32,000 bases of DNA from Erysipelothrix inopinata (GTDB lineage Bacteria > Bacillota_I > Bacilli_A > Erysipelotrichales > Erysipelotrichaceae), in contig NZ_CP060715.1 in the NCBI RefSeq assembly GCF_014396165.1, forward strand, positions 1,950,001 through 1,982,000. Reading direction: 5' to 3'. Of the stretch, positions 24,309 through 32,000 are shown in pieces. The position numbers were made by a program, and so were the translations under genes. A model generated the notes under the pieces. That model had not been told where the DNA came from. It saw nothing but the letters and a program-made list of their open reading frames with translations, and did not search any database. How positions within the stretch are numbered: position 1 is the stretch's first letter; each line of letters begins with the position of its first letter.

Positions 24309-24493
24309 TTGACTTTCAAAGGCAATTTCGGTATATTATAGAAGCGTCATTATGCTCAGCATACAAAGTTGTTAGCCAAGTGTTTGCCACGCGGCAGTGA
24401 CCAAAGTACTCTCGCTGAATGAGGAAACGGTTTTAGGTAAACTCAACTAAGAATAATTTGTAACCTGACTATGACATATAGGAGGTCATTCAT
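24309..24493 (+). promoter_or_regulatory. rpsD promoter (TTGACT-17-TATATT) plus ~150-nt structured 5' UTR (likely S4 autoregulatory leader)
   Basis: -35 at 24309-24314 and -10 at 24332-24337. The leader has hairpins ATGCTcAGCAT and TGCCacgcGGCA, plus ATGACatataggagGTCAT, which holds the SD sequence in its loop just before the ATG. Confidence 0.55.
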
Positions 24494-25096
24494 ATGGCAA
24501 GAATTAAAGGTCCAGTTTGGAAGAAATCCCGTCGTTTAAGTTACTCAATCCTTGAAACAGGTGAAGAACTACAACGTCGTGACTATGCTCCAGGACAACA
24601 CGGTAAAGCACGCCGTCCAAAATTATCAAACTACGGTTTACAATTACGTGAGAAACAACGTATTCGTTATACTTATGGAATTACAGAAAAACAATTCTTT
24701 AATACATACAAAAAAGCTGTGAAACTCGAAGGTGTTACAGGTCATAACTTCTTATTCATGTTAGAATCACGTTTAGACAACGTTGTCTACAGAATGAATT
24801 TATCACGTACACGTCGTGGTGCACGTCAATTAGTTAACCACGGTCATATCTTAGTTGATGGAAAGAAAGTTGATATTCCATCATTCCAAGTAAAACCAGG
24901 TCAAACAATTGAAGTTAAAGAATCATCACGTTCAATGGCTTCCATCAAAGATGCTTTAGAAGCATCAGTAGGAACTGTTGAATATGTAACATTTGATGCA
25001 GATAAGATGAAAGGTGAATTCAAACGTTTACCAGAACGTAGCGAATTAAACCAAGAACTTAACGAAGCATTAGTTGTTGAATTCTACAACCGTTAA
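24494..25096 (+). CDS. rpsD: 30S ribosomal protein S4
   Basis: [15 protein letters not shown]...[11 protein letters not shown]...[20 protein letters not shown] is canonical S4. Confidence 0.97.
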   Translation: MARIKGPVWKKSRRLSYSILETGEELQRRDYAPGQHGKARRPKLSNYGLQLREKQRIRYTYGITEKQFFNTYKKAVKLEGVTGHNFLFMLESRLDNVVYRMNLSRTRRGARQLVNHGHILVDGKKVDIPSFQVKPGQTIEVKESSRSMASIKDALEASVGTVEYVTFDADKMKGEFKRLPERSELNQELNEALVVEFYNR

Positions 25097-25106
25097 TCTT
25101 GATATT

Positions 25107-25154
25107 AAGACTGAAGTCCCCTTCCTTAAAGGATTGGGTTTCAGTCTATTTTTA
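25107..25154 (+). terminator. Rho-independent terminator after rpsD
   Basis: AAGACTGAA (25107-25115) pairs with TTTCAGTCT (25139-25147), followed by ATTTTTA. Confidence 0.7.
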
Positions 25155-25235
25155 TGCCTCTCCGTAACATCGAATCATTCTCTCATTTCATACACAAAAC
25201 ATCAAAGTAGAAATATCACATAATTGTTTCAATTG

Positions 25236-25244
25236 TGGTAGAAT
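25236..25244 (+). promoter_or_regulatory. Extended -10 promoter (TGGTAGAAT) of the HAD hydrolase gene
   Basis: TGgTAGAAT lies 20 nt upstream of the ATG at 25264, with GGAGGG as RBS. Confidence 0.5.
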
Positions 25245-25263
25245 ATCAGTAACGGAGGGAATT

Positions 25264-26136
25264 ATGAAAAGGAAAATAGAAGATCAACCTGTTATAGCAA
25301 TTTGCTACGACTTTGATAAGACACTCACCCCAGATGATATGCAGGCTCAAGGCTTTATCCAATCAGTCGGATATGATGTTCAAGAATTTTGGAAAGAAAC
25401 CAATGGCCTTGCACAAGATCATGATATGGATACCAACCTCGCTTACATGTTTCAGATGGTGAAACACTCAAGCCCATCTACCCCACTCACGAAAGAACTA
25501 TTAATGGACTATGGTTCAAAGATAGAACTTTTCCCAGGTGTGGAAACATGGTTTGAACGAATTAACCAATATGGAAAAGAACATAACATTGTTATTGAAC
25601 ACTATATTATTTCTTCAGGGGTTAAAGAAATGATTGAGGGGACCGTTTTAGGTAAAAATAATGTCTTTAGAAAGATATATGCAAGTTCATTTTATTATGA
25701 AAATGGTCTTGCAGTATGGCCAGCACAAGCCATCAACTATACAAACAAAACACAATTCTTGTTTAGAATTGAGAAAGGTGTTTTAGATATTAATTCACCC
25801 AGTGTTAACGAAAAATACAAAGATGGTGAACATCGCGTTCCATTTAGGAATATTGTCTATATTGGTGATAGTGACACAGATATCCCTTGTATGAAACTTG
25901 TTAATGATAATGGAGGGCAATCCATTGCGGTTTATGATCCCATTAAACAGGATAAAACCAAATCCTACAATATGATGAGAGATAAGCGTATTCGTTACTT
26001 TAAGGCAGCCGACTATCGTGAAGATAGCGACCTAGATCAACTCATTAAGGCAATTATATTAAAAACAAGCTATCACGAACAATTGGAATATGAATTCCAA
26101 AAGAATCGTCTCGAAGCTTTAAACTCAAATAAATAA
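25264..26136 (+). CDS. HAD-superfamily hydrolase-like protein
   Basis: Motif I ICYDFDKTLT (DxDxT), SSG, and motif IV YIGDSDTDIPCM. Confidence 0.7.
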   Translation: MKRKIEDQPVIAICYDFDKTLTPDDMQAQGFIQSVGYDVQEFWKETNGLAQDHDMDTNLAYMFQMVKHSSPSTPLTKELLMDYGSKIELFPGVETWFERINQYGKEHNIVIEHYIISSGVKEMIEGTVLGKNNVFRKIYASSFYYENGLAVWPAQAINYTNKTQFLFRIEKGVLDINSPSVNEKYKDGEHRVPFRNIVYIGDSDTDIPCMKLVNDNGGQSIAVYDPIKQDKTKSYNMMRDKRIRYFKAADYREDSDLDQLIKAIILKTSYHEQLEYEFQKNRLEALNSNK

Positions 26137-26160
26137 AGGACAACCCAATGGGTTGTCCTT
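26137..26160. terminator. Bidirectional terminator between convergent genes
   Basis: AAGGACAACCC-aa-tGGGTTGTCCTT is a perfect 11-bp stem flanked by A-rich and T-rich tracts. Confidence 0.75.
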
Positions 26161-26166
26161 TAACTT

Positions 26167-26760
26167 TTACTCTTCAACTGTTTCTTCCACAGTTTCTTCT
26201 GCAGGAGTTTCTTCCGTTGTTGTTTCAGGTTCTTCTGGAACAACTTCTGGTTTGGGTTCCTCATACTTAAGTGGAATCATTACAAATTCTTTATATGTTT
26301 CGATACGGTTAAAACTCTTCCATGTCACAAGTATCTTAAGATTAACTTCTGGATTGGTCGTTTGATCACGAACAAGTGAAATGCCATTTCCATACTTTGC
26401 ATCTTCTCGAGCTTGATTCGGAATCATACTTACCTTATCTTCAAAAACTCCAGATGTCACCATCATTTCTTTATTAAGAGCTATATCTTTAGTATCTTCT
26501 ACTACAATGATTGAAATATCATACATCGCTACCCTTGGGTTATCAATGATTACTTGATACTTATACGTACCGTCGCTTTCTTTTTCAATCTTAGCTCTTA
26601 GATCAAAGTGTTTTGATTTAGAAGCAAAATCATCATTATCTAATACTGATTGGTATAATGACTCATATTTATTCAATTTTTCTTGATGTAATTTGTCTTT
26701 TCCTGATGTACATCCTGTTAAAAGGATAGCAACCAAAATAAATAATCCGATTTTCTTCAT
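26167..26760 (-). CDS. Lipoprotein of unknown function with an acidic E/P/T-rich C-terminal tail
   Basis: Start taken at MKKIGLFILVAILLTGC (lipobox LTGC; RBS GAGG 6 nt upstream). The tail is EEPKPEVVPEEPETTTEETPAEETVEETVEE. Confidence 0.75.
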   Translation of the reverse strand: MKKIGLFILVAILLTGCTSGKDKLHQEKLNKYESLYQSVLDNDDFASKSKHFDLRAKIEKESDGTYKYQVIIDNPRVAMYDISIIVVEDTKDIALNKEMMVTSGVFEDKVSMIPNQAREDAKYGNGISLVRDQTTNPEVNLKILVTWKSFNRIETYKEFVMIPLKYEEPKPEVVPEEPETTTEETPAEETVEETVEE

Positions 26761-26781
26761 AGGACACCTCTTCAAAAATTA

Positions 26782-28032
26782 TTATAGCACATGATTAATA
26801 AGATGATATGTTTTCTTACCACGACGGATAACAGTAATTTCTTTACCGATTGCATTATCCTTGGTAATCATAAACTCTAAGTCTTTTACAACTTCTCCAT
26901 TAACACGGATGGCGCCGCCTTGAATTAATTCGCGAGCTTCACGTTTACTGGATATAATTTTAGTATCAACGAGCATTTCGACAATGTTTTTATCTTCATT
27001 AACTTCAATGACGACATTGCCTGCAAATGCTTGTTTTAATTCAGATACTGATAGATTTTGAACATCTCCTGAAAAGAGTGCTTCAGTCATTCTCATTGCT
27101 GAGTCGAGACCTTCTTTACCGTGCACAAGCTCTGTAAGTTCTTTAGCAAGTTCTTTTTGAGCGAGACGAAGATGCGGTTCGTTTTTGAATGATGCTTCAA
27201 TTTCCATGATTTCTTCGTATGATTTAAAGGACAAGCGTCTCATGAAATCCATGACATCTTCATCTGATGTATTAATGAAGAATTGGTAGAAAGTATAAGC
27301 ATCTGTTCTTTCTGGATCAAGCCAGATATTTTGACCTTCACTCTTACCAAATTTTGTTCCGTCAGCCTTCATAATGAGGTGTGATGTAATACCATAAACT
27401 TCAACTTCGGATCCTTCAATCTTACGAATAAGGTCTGTTCCACTTACAAGGTTTCCCCACTGATCTGAACCACCAATTTGGAGTTCAACATTGTGTTCCT
27501 TGTAAAGATGAAGGAAGTCAATCGATTGTAGAATTGTATATGTAAATTCAGTAAATGAAATTCCCGTACTTAAGCGTTTCGCAATGGTATCTTTTGCAAG
27601 CATGTTGCTGACGCTAAAGTATTTACCGTAGTCTCTTAAAAAGTCTAATGTCGTCATTTCTCCGAGCCAATCACGGTTATTTAGAATTTTAACAGGGTTA
27701 TTGTCTGATGATAAAACTGATTCGATTTGGTTTCCAATTCCTTTAACATTCTTTTGCAAATCTTCTTCTGTAAGCATTGAACGTTCTGTAGTCGGACGTG
27801 GATCCCCTATCATCCCTGTAGCACCCCCTACGAGCGCAATTGGATGATGTCCTTGCATTTGGTATCTCTTTAATAAAACGAGCTGTTGAAGATGCCCTAC
27901 ATGAAGTGAATCTGCCGTCGGATCAAACCCACAATACAATACTACTGGTGTTTCCAATCGTTTCTTCAAATTCTCAAAGTTAGTCACATCCTTGACTAAT
28001 CCTCGCCATTTAAGCTCATCTAAAAAATCCAT
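26782..28032 (-). CDS. tyrS: Tyrosine--tRNA ligase
   Basis: HIGH-type motif SLHVGHL, KMSKS-type motif KFGKSEG, and a C-terminal S4-like domain. Confidence 0.97.
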   Translation of the reverse strand: MDFLDELKWRGLVKDVTNFENLKKRLETPVVLYCGFDPTADSLHVGHLQQLVLLKRYQMQGHHPIALVGGATGMIGDPRPTTERSMLTEEDLQKNVKGIGNQIESVLSSDNNPVKILNNRDWLGEMTTLDFLRDYGKYFSVSNMLAKDTIAKRLSTGISFTEFTYTILQSIDFLHLYKEHNVELQIGGSDQWGNLVSGTDLIRKIEGSEVEVYGITSHLIMKADGTKFGKSEGQNIWLDPERTDAYTFYQFFINTSDEDVMDFMRRLSFKSYEEIMEIEASFKNEPHLRLAQKELAKELTELVHGKEGLDSAMRMTEALFSGDVQNLSVSELKQAFAGNVVIEVNEDKNIVEMLVDTKIISSKREARELIQGGAIRVNGEVVKDLEFMITKDNAIGKEITVIRRGKKTYHLINHVL

Positions 28033-28043
28033 AAATCCTCCCT

Positions 28044-29291
28044 TTAATAATTTTGTGTATCAAATAACATTTTAATTTTTAAATAGTAACGTTGCATAAT
28101 ATCCAACATACATGTTACCGCAAGAAGCGTTGTCGCATCATGAGGATAAATATATCCTGAAGTACAGAATTTATCCAACTCCGGCCATTTATCTTCTTTA
28201 AAGATTAAATTCTTAGATAAGAACTGAACTTTAAGAAGTGCTTGTTCGCCATTATGTAATAAGATTGCCTGATCGTCATGACGACTCATAATATAAAGTT
28301 GTGTCGACATAATTGACTTGTTCTTTTGTAAGAATGGTACATATTGGTTAAAGACTTCACGCATTCCATTTTGCATGATTCCATAACGTTTTGGATCCTC
28401 TTTCAAGAGATCATGATGTTCGAATCCTTCAGCAAACTTCTTAATTTGTTTTGTAATATCTGCATAACCACGAGAATTAATAAATCCAAACATCACAATA
28501 CTTGTCATGAATACAGTATACTGATACGACTGTTGATTTAAAACAGCACGTTGAATTTTACTTTGTACTTCTTCTTGGAAATGATAAATATCCAGAACAC
28601 TGTTTGAATTTACTGAGAAGATGCGATGAACCTCATCTTTATAAGCACGAACCAAATGAATGAATTTTTCAAAGTTCATTTGATCATTGCTACCCTTATA
28701 GTTAGGACCATACATACCAAATCCTAATTGTTTGGTAAATGCAGAAACATAACCATAAACTAAGATATTAGAAAGTATCGTTTGTTTATCACCTTTAACA
28801 ATATAACCTTCAACACGTTTTGTATAATTATCGATATACTTAGGATCTTCTACAATGTCATCCATTAATTCTTTTAACGGTGTCTTATAATACTCATCCA
28901 AACGTTCTGCATATCCAAGTGATGAGCGAGTCCATGCTTGATTTTTACAATAAACCTCTGCATCAATTGCGAATCCTAATGGATGATGATCTTCATAATG
29001 AATCATCGTATCCTTAATGCCTTTAGCATCTTCTTCTAATTTAATATAGAAGATTAAACCTTCAGCATCGAATGTATAGGACCACGATTCCATATTAAAA
29101 CGCTCCCACAACTCAAAAAAGATTGTGAAGACCGCATATGAAACGACATTGCGTTGTCTATCATCACCCGCGAAAGAACCACCCAGTACAAGCAATGATC
29201 CATCTTGATCATCAATCATACTTTTCATGATACTTACTCGCTTTTGACGTAGTTCGCGAATAGATTCCGATGTTAATTGAACAATATTCAT
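28044..29291 (-). CDS. CitX-like (holo-ACP synthase) / CitG-like (triphosphoribosyl-dephospho-CoA synthase) fusion protein with degenerate motifs
   Basis: N-terminal half: RELRQKRVSIM...LLVLGGSFAG and HHPLGFAIDAEV resemble the CitX REER... and HPLGRLWDIDV motifs. C-terminal half: GSNDQMNFEKF, HNGEQALL and YPHDATTLLAVTCML line up with CitG GAHKDMxxxxF, RGGxxGL and SPGGSADLL, but with substitutions at conserved positions. This is recall-based motif matching only. Confidence 0.45.
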   Translation of the reverse strand: MNIVQLTSESIRELRQKRVSIMKSMIDDQDGSLLVLGGSFAGDDRQRNVVSYAVFTIFFELWERFNMESWSYTFDAEGLIFYIKLEEDAKGIKDTMIHYEDHHPLGFAIDAEVYCKNQAWTRSSLGYAERLDEYYKTPLKELMDDIVEDPKYIDNYTKRVEGYIVKGDKQTILSNILVYGYVSAFTKQLGFGMYGPNYKGSNDQMNFEKFIHLVRAYKDEVHRIFSVNSNSVLDIYHFQEEVQSKIQRAVLNQQSYQYTVFMTSIVMFGFINSRGYADITKQIKKFAEGFEHHDLLKEDPKRYGIMQNGMREVFNQYVPFLQKNKSIMSTQLYIMSRHDDQAILLHNGEQALLKVQFLSKNLIFKEDKWPELDKFCTSGYIYPHDATTLLAVTCMLDIMQRYYLKIKMLFDTQNY

Positions 29292-29315
29292 AGAATTACC
29301 TCTTTCAATATACTT

Positions 29316-29324
29316 ATTCTAACA
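29316..29324 (-). promoter_or_regulatory. Extended -10 promoter (TGTTAGAAT) of the citXG-like/tyrS/lipoprotein operon
   Basis: The minus strand reads TGtTAGAAT, about 25 nt upstream of the ATG at 29291. Confidence 0.5.
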
Positions 29325-29382
29325 GAAAATATGCAAATACGATATGAATTATCACAAAGTATCTGAAAATACTGCTGAGTTT

Positions 29383-30525
29383 TTAATTTTGTGCCTGATA
29401 TCGTTTCATTAGGATTATTGGAATGATCATGGTTGCTCCCATAACCATAATCGTGGATTTGACGCTCATGATTTCCATTAAGTAGCCTGAAAGGATTGGC
29501 GTCACGATTGCGGACAACCCAATCGTCATTGAAACAGCCACCATTTGACCCGATGAGCGCAAACGTGGTGGTACCTCACGATACACTAAATCTTTTTGAG
29601 TAATAAGAATTAATGGGAACGTAATGCATTGTAGTAAGGTAATCAGATAAACATGATATACCTCCGTAACCAATCCATAAAGCATGAAACGAATTAACAT
29701 GACAATGGAAGCAAATAACATTAAATTACGGCCTTTATATTTAAGGAGTAACCTTCCACCCAAAAATAGAATTGGAAGTTCAATTAAAGCCTGAATAAAC
29801 CATTTCACGCCAATAGATTGGGCATCGCCACCCAATTCAAGAATCAATTCTGTAACAGTGATGGAATCCGCATTATAAACAAAATAAGTAATGAAGTATA
29901 CGACAATTAAGATGACATAATTTCGATTGGAAAAGAGTTCACCAATATCTGACAACTTAAGATTTGTCGTTTCAACTTTTGTCGCATCTTCAAGAAATAA
30001 CGATAAGAATACAAGAATGATACTAAAGATTGCGGCAACAATCCCAACAATATCATAGCTATAGTTCACGATAAGATAACCGGTTAGAAGAGAACCCAAT
30101 GCCCATCCTAAAGAACCTAGAGCACGAATCAAACCAAATTTATCAAATAAACCATCAACTTCTAAGACCCACGTTTCAAAAAAACTTCCTAAAACACGGA
30201 TGAGGCCTCCTGAAAATCCAAGTAGAACCAAGTGAACCCAAAAGTTCTTAGCTTCAAAGTGGTAAAACAAATAGCCACTGGCTGCAAGCATGAGTGTAAA
30301 GAAAATAAAAAACTTCTTTATGGTTCCATAACGATCTGACAGATAGCCTGTAAGAATTTGTCCGAGCATTCCAACTATCGCAAAATATGCCAATAAGAAG
30401 CCTCGCTCTGAAGATGAGTACCCAACATGTGTTAGATAGGGTACAAACTGTGTATAGAGAAATGAGTGTGACCAAAAGACCACAAACATCACGACACTAA
30501 ATTTAAATGTTTTACTTTTTAACAT
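29383..30525 (-). CDS. MFS transporter
   Basis: 380 aa with about 12 TM helices and the MFS loop motif GYLSDRYG. Confidence 0.85.
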   Translation of the reverse strand: MLKSKTFKFSVVMFVVFWSHSFLYTQFVPYLTHVGYSSSERGFLLAYFAIVGMLGQILTGYLSDRYGTIKKFFIFFTLMLAASGYLFYHFEAKNFWVHLVLLGFSGGLIRVLGSFFETWVLEVDGLFDKFGLIRALGSLGWALGSLLTGYLIVNYSYDIVGIVAAIFSIILVFLSLFLEDATKVETTNLKLSDIGELFSNRNYVILIVVYFITYFVYNADSITVTELILELGGDAQSIGVKWFIQALIELPILFLGGRLLLKYKGRNLMLFASIVMLIRFMLYGLVTEVYHVYLITLLQCITFPLILITQKDLVYREVPPRLRSSGQMVAVSMTIGLSAIVTPILSGYLMEIMSVKSTIMVMGATMIIPIILMKRYQAQN

Positions 30526-31060
30526 GAATTATCCCTTCATTTGTTACGATTGCATCCAAGGCTATATCGTGTCCTTCTTGAAACTCTATGGCAACCTCTT
30601 GGAAGTCATAGGCAATACCAATTTTATAAGGATTAATATCCTTGAGGTATGTATCGTAATAACCTTTACCATAACCCACACGATATCCGCTTCGATTAAA
30701 TGCAAGAAGTGGCACAATCATAAAATCAATACAATCAGGGTTTGTTAATGCCCTAGTAATCGGTTCATGGACTCCAAAGTGTCCCGGTTCCAATTGTGTT
30801 AGGCTTTCAATTTCGTAAAAATTCATCACGCTTCCCTCAATTTTCGGAACCGAAACTCTAATTTTTGAATCAAGGAGTGTTTGAATTAAGTGATGGGTGT
30901 CGACTTCATCATTAAACGATACATAGATTCCGACATGACGTGCAGTTTTTAACACACCCAAACATGTCTCATAAATCACGCTTTGATAGCGTAGCGCTTC
31001 TTCACTCGACAGATTCGATCTTTTTCGTAACATTTCCTTTGCGATATCCTTTTTATGCAT
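30512..31060 (-). CDS. 5-formyltetrahydrofolate cyclo-ligase
   Basis: VPLLAFNRSGYRVGYGKGYYDTYL is the family signature. Start taken at MHKKDI (RBS AGGAG 8 nt upstream). Confidence 0.9.
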   Translation of the reverse strand: MHKKDIAKEMLRKRSNLSSEEALRYQSVIYETCLGVLKTARHVGIYVSFNDEVDTHHLIQTLLDSKIRVSVPKIEGSVMNFYEIESLTQLEPGHFGVHEPITRALTNPDCIDFMIVPLLAFNRSGYRVGYGKGYYDTYLKDINPYKIGIAYDFQEVAIEFQEGHDIALDAIVTNEGIIHVKK

Positions 31061-31089
31061 GTCTTTCACTCCTAACACTAATTGCTTCT

Positions 31090-31098
31090 ATTCTACCA
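31090..31098 (-). promoter_or_regulatory. Extended -10 promoter (TGGTAGAAT) upstream of the 5-FCL/MFS genes
   Basis: The minus strand reads TGgTAGAAT, about 30 nt upstream of the ATG at 31060. Confidence 0.5.
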
Positions 31099-31146
31099 AA
31101 TAATGAACGCAATAGGTATTAATTTTGGAGCTTTTTATATGACACT

Positions 31147-31178
31147 TAAAACAAAAGGATGATTCTTAAATTCATCCC
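31147..31178 (-). terminator. Rho-independent terminator after the SGNH hydrolase gene
   Basis: Stem GGATGA/TCATCC (31157-31162 / 31172-31177), followed on the minus strand by TTTTGTTTT. Confidence 0.65.
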
Positions 31179-31211
31179 TTTAATCAACACTGCTTTTATG
31201 CAGATTTTGGT

Positions 31212-31922
31212 TTATTGTTTCGTATATTTTATTATCTGATTCGCTATTAATCGATGGCCCTTTTTATTTGGGTGAACCCCATCTATCTTCAGACATGGTT
31301 TAAAGTTTAACGTTTGATCCATCATTGGCACAAACTGAAGCTCATGGTTTTGAGCGTAAGTCTGAAGTAAGTTTTCGATAGTGATAAGATGTTCGCGATT
31401 CATATCATAGTTATAGACATCTTGGTTGTGGACTTTATAAATAGGTGGTGGCCCTATCAGTACAATTTTGCATTGTGGGCTGGTGCGACGAACTTGATTT
31501 AGGAGTTCTTCCAAATCGCTAATAAACTGATCCTCCCCATGCCATACATCATTCTTAGAGTCATTTGTTCCCAGTTGAATGAATACCATTTGATACTTGT
31601 GTTTGACAGCTTTTTCCCAGTTAACATAATCCATAATACTGCGCGGATTGTTTCGACTCAAAGTCGCACCATTAACGGTCAGACCATAAAGTATAAAACT
31701 GTCTTTATAAGCTTCTTTAAGAATGTTTCGATACAAGTGCTTCTTGCGACACATTGCAAGCATACCAAAGCCAATGCTATCACTAATCAACAACGCATTG
31801 CTTTGAGTATCATCAACAGATGGGAAGGGATGCACATAATCCATGTAGTAATAAATAATAACTTTGTATGATATCCAACCAAGGACCACTGCTATCACAA
31901 CGCCTATTAGTATTGGTATCAT
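31212..31922 (-). CDS. SGNH/GDSL-family hydrolase with an N-terminal TM anchor
   Basis: Block I LISDSIGFG, block III GTNDS and block V DGVHPNKKGH, plus an N-terminal hydrophobic helix. Confidence 0.8.
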   Translation of the reverse strand: MIPILIGVVIAVVLGWISYKVIIYYYMDYVHPFPSVDDTQSNALLISDSIGFGMLAMCRKKHLYRNILKEAYKDSFILYGLTVNGATLSRNNPRSIMDYVNWEKAVKHKYQMVFIQLGTNDSKNDVWHGEDQFISDLEELLNQVRRTSPQCKIVLIGPPPIYKVHNQDVYNYDMNREHLITIENLLQTYAQNHELQFVPMMDQTLNFKPCLKIDGVHPNKKGHRLIANQIIKYTKQ

Positions 31923-32000
31923 TAGCGGTGCAACCTCTTACTTACTTCAAGTCTAAAGTTAGAATAAGATATGGATATCATGATAATCACAATAAGGATT
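31922..32000 (-). CDS. 3' end of an upstream ORF (hydrophobic C-terminus), translationally coupled to the SGNH gene
   Basis: The reverse frame reads ...ILIVIIMISISYSNFRLEVSKRLHR-stop, with a TAATG stop/start overlap at 31920-31924. Only 26 codons are visible. Confidence 0.35.
   Translation of the reverse strand, partial: ILIVIIMISISYSNFRLEVSKRLHR

Noticed and set aside
26153-26365. Plus-strand ORF with serine/valine repeats (SSTVSSTVSSAGVSSVVVSGSSG...)
   Set aside because: It is the antisense shadow of the E/T/P-rich tail of the minus-strand lipoprotein gene and starts inside the bidirectional terminator. The other short antisense ORFs in the track (e.g. 531-782, 1357-1560, 4231-4613, 8684-9333, 16847-17032, 31539-31871) were rejected the same way, because they lie within well-supported genes on the opposite strand.

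Overview
AT-rich Bacillota (Firmicutes)-type chromosomal segment in which almost every gene is on the minus strand. In minus-strand order (high to low coordinates) it holds: an SGNH hydrolase, 5-formyl-THF cyclo-ligase and an MFS transporter; an operon of a CitX/CitG-like fusion gene, tyrS and a lipoprotein gene; a plus-strand pair (rpsD, HAD hydrolase) running the opposite way; then ezrA, a cysteine desulfurase, thiI, ffh, rplS, lepB, rbgA, rnhB, dprA, topA, trmFO and xerC. After xerC comes an accessory island at about 7.8-11.4 kb. The window ends with yceD-rpmF, an LCP gene, a HEPN-like/CBS gene, murB, murJ and the start of the dcw cluster (mraZ-rsmH-ftsL-PBP2B). The island is the part worth attention. 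It holds six head-to-tail copies of a roughly 200-bp unit that has hairpins supported by compensatory changes and ends in a terminator hairpin. I cannot assign the unit to any repeat or RNA family I know. The copies flank an orphan DUF925-type nucleotidyltransferase gene that has its own promoter. The outermost copy is split, exactly in its hairpin loop, by an intact IS3-family element with a 3-bp target duplication. On the minus strand each unit reads like a small RNA with several C/U-rich anti-Shine-Dalgarno motifs and a U8 terminator, similar to the tandem LhrC-type sRNAs. On the plus strand each unit carries two phased TGnTAGA extended -10-like boxes, so the transcribed strand is unresolved. 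Secondary points: a 4 x GTGG MraZ operator at 10-bp spacing that invalidates the ORF-track mraZ start; a HEPN-motif + CBS fusion gene in the cell-wall cluster; a degenerate CitX-CitG fusion with no citrate lyase genes nearby, co-transcribed with a tyrS that has no room for a T-box. All calls come from reading the sequence and from remembered family motifs. No searches were run.
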